Below are positions 29,666 through 40,000 of a DNA stretch of 64,000 nucleotides, piece after piece. Both the position numbers and the translations under genes were made by a program. How positions within the stretch are numbered: position 1 is the stretch's first letter; each line of letters starts with the position of its first letter. Under the pieces are notes generated by a model, which saw nothing but the letters and a program-made list of their open reading frames with translations, made no database searches and was not told the DNA's origin. The stretch is taken from positions 5,728,001-5,792,000 of the forward strand of contig OZ244587.1 in assembly GCA_965218095.1 (NCBI GenBank). Reading direction: 5' to 3'. The stretch is from Candidatus Poribacteria bacterium (lineage in GTDB: Bacteria > Poribacteria > WGA-4E > PCPOR2b).

Positions 29666-29979
29666 AACTCACAGGGTGGGAAAAGTGAGGAATGATGAGT
29701 CATGTGGTCAGATTCCACTAACATTAACAGAATTTGAAACCAAATGACAAAGAGTTGTAATGGTCAGGAAGATGGTAGACACTAACCGCTCGGCTACCCC
29801 CGGCCCCGCAAGCGGGGAGAAAGAATTGCCAAATCCAAGCTACATCCGATGGATTTGGCACGGTTGCAAAGTACCCACCCCCTCTAGCTCCCCCTTAAAA
29901 GGGGGAGAACTCTCCATCGGGAGCCGTAAAATGTGTATACCTCCCATTGACCAATACACAAATGACAAGGAGTCCTCAA

Positions 29980-30761
29980 ATGAGATGGAATCTGTTTTGC
30001 ATGGTATCACTCTGTTTTCTCAGCTTGATGGTAAGTTGTGGCGATGGCGAAGATGAACCGTCGATGAATGTTGTAACAGAACCAATGGACAATCCGGAGG
30101 AAAAGGCTGCTACCCCTGACGTAGACGACCTTGGAAGAACTGACCCCGGCGCAGAAAACGTTGAAAATCCCCAGCCCGACGAGGACATGGATGCACCCGA
30201 GCCAGAGTTTGTCGAACCCGAAGTAGAAGGGGTCGACTTAGCACTCCAGGACGCCATTGACGGAGTTTTGGAAGCTTGCGTGAGGGATATAAAATGAGGA
30301 CTTGGAACTGTATCTGAGCGCGTTCTGGATAGATGGATTTCAGTACACCTCCGATATGGGAACACACCTAGAGCCATTCGATGATATAATATTTGATGAA
30401 CTCAAGGACGAGGGAAAATCTGCAGCGCGGGTTTTCGCATGGTTCCAGGATATTGAGTTGGAAACTTTCCCTCCCCGCCCACATCGTCAATGCAGCGCCC
30501 AAACGAATCGAAGCCATGAGCCATTATCGAATCCAGGGGTTCGTTAACGAGGGGCACGCCCTGGATGGTGGATTTCTCGCATGGTTCGCAGAAGGGGATA
30601 ACCGGTTCACCTTTGAGTTTCGCCAGGGGGAGTGGCGGATTACGAAGTGGATAGATGAAGCCTTTGATGTAGAAGCGATAAAGGCAGGCATCAATCCTGC
30701 ACCTGCTGCTCACCCCGGCGGGAAGTTGGTAACGATGTGGGGGATCATTAAGACAAGATAG
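29980..30761 (+). pseudogene. Lipoprotein (NTF2/SnoaL-like domain, C-terminal KL.TMWG motif), two frameshifts
   Basis: SD aaggag; MRWNLFCMVSLCFLSLMVSC lipobox; acidic linker; EWRITKWID; ends GKLVTMWGIIKTR. Confidence 0.7.
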
Positions 30762-30964
30762 TGCTTTAAAGAAGATTATAGTATGAGGTATTAACTCAAG
30801 TTGCGACCCTCAACAGAAGGTTGAAAATATGACAACGAATCACGGGATTTATCGAGTTTTTTGTCCAATCCTTTTTCTATTCGCTGTTATATGACGGTTT
30901 GCTACATCAGCTTCGATTCTTTTTCGATAGGTAGCAACTTGGGTGAGGTATTACATTAAGCACA

Positions 30965-31060
30965 CCCGATTGGCAAGATCCGTCGCGCCCTCACTCTGTT
31001 TCTCCGCGAAACAAGCTGAAGACGACGTGGGGTGAGATCAAAAAGCGCGACAAACGATGA
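30965..31060 (+). pseudogene. Orphan 3' end of a TolB/PD40-like secreted protein
   Basis: PDWQDPSRPHSVSPRNKLKTTWGEIKKRDKR*, with no upstream ORF. Confidence 0.6.
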
Positions 31061-31096
31061 TACGATTCCAAACCATTCTCCAAAGGAGGAACTCTC

Positions 31097-34000
31097 ATGT
31101 TTGAACGTCAAAAACAACGGATAGTCTTTGTCCTATGTCTCTCCTGTCTCGTACCTGTTCTCTCACCGATTGCCCGTGGTCAAGACGAGGCGGTTGATGA
31201 AAAAATAATGGAGCGCTACAAGCAGATGCTGAGTCGCAAACCGAAAGAGGGCAAGGAGGGGAGTCCCTTCGACAGGTTGTACAAACTCTACCTTGACGGA
31301 CCAGGTCTGGAACAGATGGTCGCTGACTATCGGGCGGAAGCACAGGTTGAGCCGGACAATCCCAACACACAGCTAATCCTCGGGCACATCTACAAACGGC
31401 TCGGCCGGGATGGTGAGGCACTCGCTGCGTACAAACGAGCTGTCGCCCTCGCACCCGCGGATTACTATCCCCATTCCGTTTTGGGGCAGATGTACTTTAC
31501 ATTGCGCCGACATGAGGATGCTATCGGGGTGCTCACACAAGCCGCCGCGTTGTTCCAACAATTGGATTCGGTGGCGAGCACAGAAGAACTGCTGTCGATT
31601 TACAAATCCCTTGGGCGCGCTTACTTCAACCGTGACCGCGTGGACGAGGCAATCGCCGCGTGGGGAAAGATCTCTGAACTCGACCCGACGAATATCTTCG
31701 TCCGCATCGAGCTCGCTGAACTATTCTGTGAACAAAAACTCTATGAACGGGCAATTGAGCAACACCGTGTGCTCATACAAATCAAGCAAGATGACCCATA
31801 CCGCATCTGCTTGAGCCTGCGTGAAATCGGTAGCATTCAAGAGGAGATGGACGATTATCGTAAGGCGATGAGTACCTACGATGCAGCACTCGTGCTCACT
31901 GTGACTGACAACTGGCTCCGAAAAGATCTACAGCGCCGTATCATTGCTATCTACGCTGCCACAGGAGATTGGGATGGACTGATTGAATACTATCAAAAAA
32001 AACTGGCGGATACCCCGAACGACCCAGAATTGATGAGCTTATTGGCAGACGCATATCTTGAAAATGAGCAGGTGGATGAAGGCATAGCGCAATATCGCAA
32101 AAGTGTCGAACTTGTCCCGACATCTGCTCCGGTTCGACAGAAACTTATCGCTGCCCTGCGCCGCGCCGAAAAGTTTGCAGAAGCCGCCGCCGAATATGAA
32201 ACGCTCACCGTTCAGTTACCAGACGATTTTGGGATTTACCGCTCGCTCGGTGCGCTCTATCTCCAACTTGAACAACCTGCTCGTGCGCGTGCCGCTTATG
32301 AACGGATGCTTGCACGCAATCCCGAAAACGCTAGCACACATCTCACTCTCGCCGAAATTTACGCAGGACACGAGTGGTTCGATGAGGCAATCGCTGCGTA
32401 TGAAAAGGCGATTGCACTTGCCCCGGCGAATTTGGACTATATCGAGTATCTCGGCGAATTCTACTTCCGTCGAGGAGATCGTGAGAAAACGGTTGAAACC
32501 TGGAATCGGCTTGTTGAGGGAGAGCGAGCTGTCGCTCAAAATTATGACCGTCTCGCTCAACTACTCAATGCCAAAGATTTCCAAGCGGAAGCGGTCACCG
32601 CAAGCCGAAAAGCGGTTAAACTTGCGCCGACCAAATATCAGTATAGAGAAGCGTTAGCCAAACGGCTGATAGAAGCTAAGAACTTCGATGAGGCAATAAC
32701 CCAGTTTACCGAGGCAACAAAACACGCCTCCAATGACTTCTTCGCTGAACAGATGGCAGAACAACAGATTGAAGTTTATCGGCAGCAGGGTGTTTTGGAG
32801 GACAAAGTTGCCGAATTAGAAGCACAACCACAGCGTTTCGACGGGCAAAAGTTGCTCGCTAAGATGTACCTGAGGTTGAAAAATACCACCGCTGCTGCTG
32901 AGGCTCTGGAGAAGGCATTACCGCTCAACTCTGACGATGTTCCTGTCAACCGGTCGCTTGCGGAGATTTACGTACAACTCAGACGGCATGACAACGCCAA
33001 AGCGGCTTATGCTCGTCTCATCGCCCTTGACAGCGGCAACGCCCGCGAATACCACGCTGAGCTAGCACGCTTACATTTGGGCATGATGGATTTCGATGCT
33101 GCTAAGGAAGCCGCCAAACAGGTGCTAGCACATAGCCCGCGCAATCCCAAAGGACATCAGATCCTCGCCGAAATCGCCCTGAAAGCAGGTGATTATCTGA
33201 GTGGGGTTGAGAGTCTAAAGCAGGCGGTTCGTCTCCGCCCTGAGGCGACAAAGATTCGTGTGGAACTTGCAGAAGCCTATAAACTGGCGGACAATCCGCG
33301 CCAAGCGGTTGGGCAGTATTGGCGGTGTTGGGAGTTGAGCGATAACCTCAACGACAAGCTCGGATTCGTCAAGCTACTGTCAGATGCATACTACGACATG
33401 GGGAGACAGCAAGAGTTCACCGAAAAACTCCAGCAGATGTCAAAAACAAATCCATCTGATATAGCTCCGGTACTTGCATTCGCAGAGCTGTACCGCATCG
33501 AGGGAGACCTTTCTGCCTCCCGAACACAACTCGCCCGTGCACTCGACCGGGACAGTGAAAATAGCGAGCTGCTGAGTCAATTAGTTGATGTCAGCCTCAA
33601 GCTAGGGGAGACACAAGATGCCTTGACCTATCAACAAAGGCTCGTCGCGGTAGAGCCAGATGCGCTCAATCAACAACGTTTGGGCAAACTTCTATTCGAT
33701 GTCGGGCGTGAACAGGAGGCGGTGCAGGTGTGGACGAAGTTGCTACACGCGAAAAATCAGACGCTAGAGGCATTGATGAAATTGGCGGAGTTGCTGATCC
33801 AATATGATCTACGTCCTTTAGCGTTCTCTGCACTTGACCGTATAGCGGAGCAGGTCCATAAGCCGAAAGCGGTCTATCGGCTTGGAGCTATCCTCGTTGA
33901 AATGGGCGAGTTAGAGCGCGCCCGTCCTTACTTTGAGCGCATCCTGCAAATGCCCAAACCACAATCACCCAAAAACGCCAAACCGATCTCACAACCCTCC

Positions 34001-37000
34001 CTATCTGTTCAGGACCCTCTGTGGCGGATCAGAAATACCATCCACAGCGTTGAACAGCGATTGGACAGTCACGGTGGGGTGATATTCCTCAGTCAAGGTC
34101 AGGGAATATGGCTGCCATCGAGCTTTGAAGACACACAAGCTGCGGCATTGGCACAGCTAATCCGGATTGCGCGACAGCGTGAGGAGTTGCAAGAGCTCAT
34201 CAATGGGTTTGAAGCCGAGGCAGCGGCGAATCCGAAAGATTTGCAACTGCTTGAGCGGCTGTTATATGTTTATACTATGACGTATAACGACAAGAAAGCA
34301 GTTGAGGTTGTGAACCGTTTGGTGACACTCTCGCCTGATGACCCTACCTATCGGGATATGCAGTTTCAGTTCGTGATGCAGGACCACAACCCCGACTACG
34401 AAACAGTCCAGGGATACCTCGCCCAAATCCCAGCGACCATTCCTCAAGTGCACCTCCAGTATACCACACAGTCAACGATGCGATTCCTCCAAGTTGGTAA
34501 AAAATCTGCTGCTGAGAAACTATTGGCACAATTCAAAAATGAAAAAATGACCGACCTCGCTACCGGGACAATGCTCATCACTGCCTTCTCGCAACTCGGA
34601 GACACCGAAACGGCGGAAAAGATGCTTGCGCATTTCCCAGTGCCTACGCCGCCGGTATTGCAGCCCTCCGCACCCTTATCTGCCATAAACCGTAGTCAAA
34701 TGTGGCAGCAATACACCAACATTTACCAAGCCCTTGCAGGGGCGTATATCGACAAGGGAGAGACAGACAAAGGCGTTGAGGTACTCTGGTCGCTATTCGA
34801 GCGGACACAACCAAACATCAATACATCACATTGGATGGCATCGTCGGCATACAGCCGCTGGCGTACCAGTTCATCTACGCCCTTATACCCTGCACCGAAC
34901 ACCTACTACGATCGAAACCGCTTTGAGTTACTTCGACAGCTATTCGGTTATCTCTGGCTGAAAGATCAACTCGATATCCTGTACACGAAGCTTCAGATGG
35001 CGTTTGAGCAGGGGAATAGGCGGGAGCGCATCTTCTCCGGATTAGCACTAAGTTACTGCTATTGGTGGGAAGGTAGACGCGACGAATCTCAGCAGCTCCT
35101 CGAAACTATGAGAGCGAAAAACAACGGCGACCTTACGCTGAAACTCCACATGCCCCTCGTTTTGATTCAGACGGGGAAACAGGAGGCAGCGATTTCCCTA
35201 CTGACCAAACTCGCTGACAGTGACCCACGGAATCGTCTGCAGTATATCGCCCTTGTCTTTCGTCTTGCGCTACAGAGAGGGAACACGACGAAAATCCGTG
35301 AGCTAGTGATGAACCTCCTCAATTCACCAGCGAGTGTCCGTGAATTACACCAGTTTTCGGAGAGACTACACGAAGTCGGATTAACGCAATACGCAATCGC
35401 TATCGCCAAAAAAGCGGCGGACCTTGCAATGGGGCAAAATGACCTAAATTCCCTCAGTATGCTAAGCCAGCATCTCGAAGCACTCGGCAGGGGACAGGAG
35501 GCAGCAGCGCTCGCGAAGCGTGTCGCGCGTCTTACGAAACACCGTATCCGCCCCGGTCAAGCTATACATCCACGGAGGCAGGCAACTCGTCTGAGTCCAA
35601 GAGAAGCACTCCAACGCGAGCCTCGGTTAGTTGAAGCCGCTGAAAAGCACCCCAACTCCTTCCAAGCGCAAGCGGATTTGGCGGCGTTGTACGAAAGCAC
35701 AAATCAGACGAAAAAAGCCATCCCTGTCCTCGCCAAAGCGGTTGCCTTGCGCCCGAAAAATTCGAGACTCCGTAAACGTTACGCAGGAGCACTACAGCGT
35801 GACAAACAGATGGACAAGGCAGTAGAACAGTACAGTATCGTGCTTCGAGAAGACCCCAGCGTCTTCGTCAACCACGACATTGTGGGGTCACCCATAAATA
35901 TCTTCATGGAGGCAGGGAAATTAAATGAGCTCGTCGCTGTCGCAAAGGAGATGATTGCCTCGTCTGGTGGGTGGTATGAAACCAATTTTGCGGAAGTGGT
36001 GGCACGGAAATGTGTGCAAAATAACGCTCCGAAGCTTGCCATTGAATTCTATGAAAAGTTGATTGAGGTGCGTCCAAGCAACTTTGACTTCTACCTTCGA
36101 CTGTCCCACGCCTATACCGCTGTAGGAGAGCGCGAACGGGCAATTGAGTGCGTCCGTGATGGACTCAAGGTAAGCATCTCCTCTTCGAAGAATCAGCATC
36201 AACAGGAAAGGCTCGTCTCAAGGTTGATTAAACTCAGCAGAGGGACAAAGACATTCAGTACACTTATCGCCGATTTTGAAGCGCAGCTAGCAACAAAACC
36301 CAACAATCTGTCGCTGACCTGGCTCATTGCGTACATGCATATTAAAGCGAGGCAGCTTGAGGCGTCCGATATTTTTGTTGCAAAACTGCTTGGGAGCGAA
36401 CAGAAGATTATCGAATATTCGTCGGGTATGGACCCGCAGTGGTTCACCATGCTTGCTGATGCCTACCGTCAAGTGGGAGACCACAAGCGTCAAATGAAAC
36501 TCCTTGAAGCGGTTATTGAGAAAGTAGAGCATCAAATGGCTTTATGGGATTTTCGAGGAATTACATCTTTCTACCTCTACAGGCAGTTAGGGGCAACTTA
36601 TGTCCAAAATGGGAAGAAAGAGAAGGCGCAGCAGCTCTTTCGCAAAATAATACCAATACGTATGGCGCTATCTTGGGACATTAACAATGAGAAGCAACGC
36701 ATCGCAGAACTGTACATGCGACTCGAGATGTGGGACGACGCTGAAACTCTATTCACCGAAATTGCTAACAACTTCTTCGTGCATGGACATGGCAAGCAGC
36801 GGGCACAAAAGGGGTTGATAAAAATCAGAAAAGAGCGCGGTGACTTGCCGGCAACCCCGCAGCCGGCCAAGAAGATAGAGGGGATAGACATCAGACTACA
36901 ACGCAAAAAAGCGGAGGAGTATACGTGGAGGGGCGAAATCGAAAAAGCGGTGGGAATTTACAAACAGCTTATCGCGAAAATGCCCGAAGACCACAGATCA

Positions 37001-40000
37001 CACGCTGCGCTCGCCAGGCTTTACTCAAAACAAAGTAGGCACGATGAAGCTATCTCCACATGGCGGTCGTTGCTCAAGGTTGACCCAGAAAACACACAAT
37101 ACCGGTCTGGGCTCGCAGAAGCGTATCGAGCCGCTGGTATGTTTCCGGAAGCACTCGAAATCGTACAGAAATTGATTGCGGAGAATCCGTCAACCGCTTA
37201 TTACTCACAGCTAGCCCTAGTTTACATAGTGGGCAACCGCTTCAACGATGCCATTAAAGCATACCAAAAAGGGATTGAGCTTACCCCTAACGACTGGCGA
37301 GTGTATAAAGACTTAGCACAACTTTACGCTCAAACAGGTGACCTCGAAACTGCCGAAAAAACGTACAAAACGGCACTGCAATTGACGAGAAACGAATCTG
37401 AGCGTCGCACCATTAACAAACAATTAGCGGAAGTCTACCTACAGCAAAGCGAATTAGAGGAAGCACTCAAGAAGATGGAGGCAGAAGGGGTACTCACTTT
37501 TGCAAGATTGGAAAAACTGGCACAAAAGTACCATAAACAAGGTAAGTTGGAGGAAGCGGCCATGGCATACAAGAAGGCATTCGGGATGGCCCCTGGCAAC
37601 TGGTATCGTAACAAAATTGTCCAGCAACTATTTCATATTTACCGGAAGCAAGGCAGTTTAGAGGAGATACTCGCAAAAGCAGAGGGAGCAGATACCCCCG
37701 CTGCTGAGATAAACATTGAGCTGCAAAAAACATTGGCAAAGGAATATATGGAAATGGGCGAAATTGAAAAAGCGATTGAGGTTGCCAAACAAGTTATCGT
37801 ACGCAACCCCGAAGACCACAAATTTCGTGCCGCGCTTGCTAAGTTCTACACGGGGCACAAGATGCACGATGAAGCGATCGTCGTATTAAAGAAGCTGATT
37901 GAAGCCGACCCGAAAAACAAACGGTATCGGGACCAACTTGCGAGTGCATACCGAGCAGCCAACCGCCTCGACGATGCTGTTTCCACGTATCGAAAAGCCA
38001 TCGAACTCAACCCCGGCAACCGGTGGCTGCATACACAATTGGCGCGACTTTACATTCAAAAAGGTGACATTGATGCCGCCGAAAAGATGTACAAAACGGC
38101 ACTGCAATTTCCGGATGAAGAATCGGGGAGGATATATGAAGAGTTAGGGCAACTTTACATGCGAAAGGGTGACTTTGATGCTGCCGAAAAAACCTACAAA
38201 GAGGTGCGGATGTATAGAGAATTGGGAAAACTTTATATACAAAAAGGTGACATTGATGCTGCTGAACAGACGTACAAAAAGGCAGGGATGTATAGAGAAT
38301 TGGGAAAACTTTACATACAAAAAGGCGACATTGATGCTGCTGAAAAGGCGTATAAAAAGGCAGTGGAATTTAGGAATAAAGAATCAGGGAGGGTATATGA
38401 TGAATTAGGGCAACTTTACACGCAAAAGGACGACATTGATGCTGCTGAAAAGGCGTATAAAAAGGCAGTGAAATTTACGAAAGGAAACTGGGAGCGGCGC
38501 CGCATTGAACGGCAACTGATGGAATTTTATCGGCAGCAGGGCAAGTTAGCGGATGTCCTCAAAAAAGCGGAGGCGGAAGGGACGCTCACTTTTGAGATGT
38601 TACGTGCACAGGCGCGGGAGTACCGCAGTCAAGGGAAATTGGAGGAAGCAGCTACTGCATACAAGAAGGTACTCGGGCTAATCAATACTCAAAACTGGGA
38701 GCATCGCAACATTAGCTGGGAACTCCTTACAATGTACCAGCAGCAGAGCAATTGGGAGGAGGCGTTCAAGAGGGCCGAGGCGGAAGGCATCCTCACTTCT
38801 GAAATGGTACACCAACAGGGGCAAGCATATCGCAAACAAGGGAAGTTGGAGGAAGCGATCACCACATACAAGAAGGCTATTGAAATGACCACTCAAAACT
38901 CAAGGCACAGCGCGTTCGATTCAGAACTGCTCAGCCTGTACATCGAGATCGGCGATGTTGACGCTGCAGTTAAGCTATACGAAATCTCACCATCGCAATC
39001 GCATTTCGAGCAGACGAGCGGGGAATCCTTCAGCTACACGCCATCTGGTATCAAAACCCACCTCCTTGGAGACAGCGCACGCAAGCAGATAATTGAATGG
39101 TACAAACAACAGGGCAAACTTCATGAGCTAGTAACCTATTTTGAAAGTCGGTTCAAGCAGAAGCCAGAAAGTCCGGCTATCGTTGAAATACTCGCCGAGG
39201 CTTACAACCATCAGAATGAACATGCGAAGGCTGCGGAGAAGTACCAGCAACTCAGCAGGTTACAACCTGCAAAGCTTCGCACGTTCTACCTTGCCGCCGC
39301 TGCCTTCAACAGAAGCGGTCAACCGGAGCGCACAAAAGAGATGCTGCAGCAAGGGGCTACTGGACTCGCAGGTCATCGTCGTGCTCAGCGTTCTGTGGAT
39401 TCTCGGCTTTTGGGGACAATAGCCACGATTTGCATTGATGGCGAACTCTACGATACCGCTATCACATTTGCGGAAGATGCCATCACCGAAGCGCGCAGGC
39501 GCGGTGATGGCTGGGTACTTAATTTCATATACCCTGTACTCGGAAAAGCCTTTATCGATACGAAGCGTTACGAGGAAACTGCCAACGCCTATTATCAGTT
39601 GCGAGATAGCGCAGAAAACCGGCGCATTTTGAACGAGGCAGATGCTGCGTTGCAGAAGCTATACAAAGTGGATGAAAATCTGTTCGACCAGCTAGTAGCG
39701 AAACGGATAGAAGCGGTTGAAGCCAATCCTGACGATGCAGACGCACATTATGCCCTCGCACAGACTTACGAGTCGAACGGCAAGCTCGATGAGGCAATCG
39801 CCGTGTACGAAAAACTCAGTGAACTCCAATCCAATAACGTGGAGTGGCTCATGACTCTCGGCGACCTCTACCAGCAGCCGCGTGAGACAGCGAAATCTGT
39901 GGAAGGTAACGGGCTCCGTCTCAACGATAACGGGAGTTTCGTCGAGCTCAATGACAACGCCGTTCTGAACGCTATTCGCACACAACTTACAGTCGAGGCG

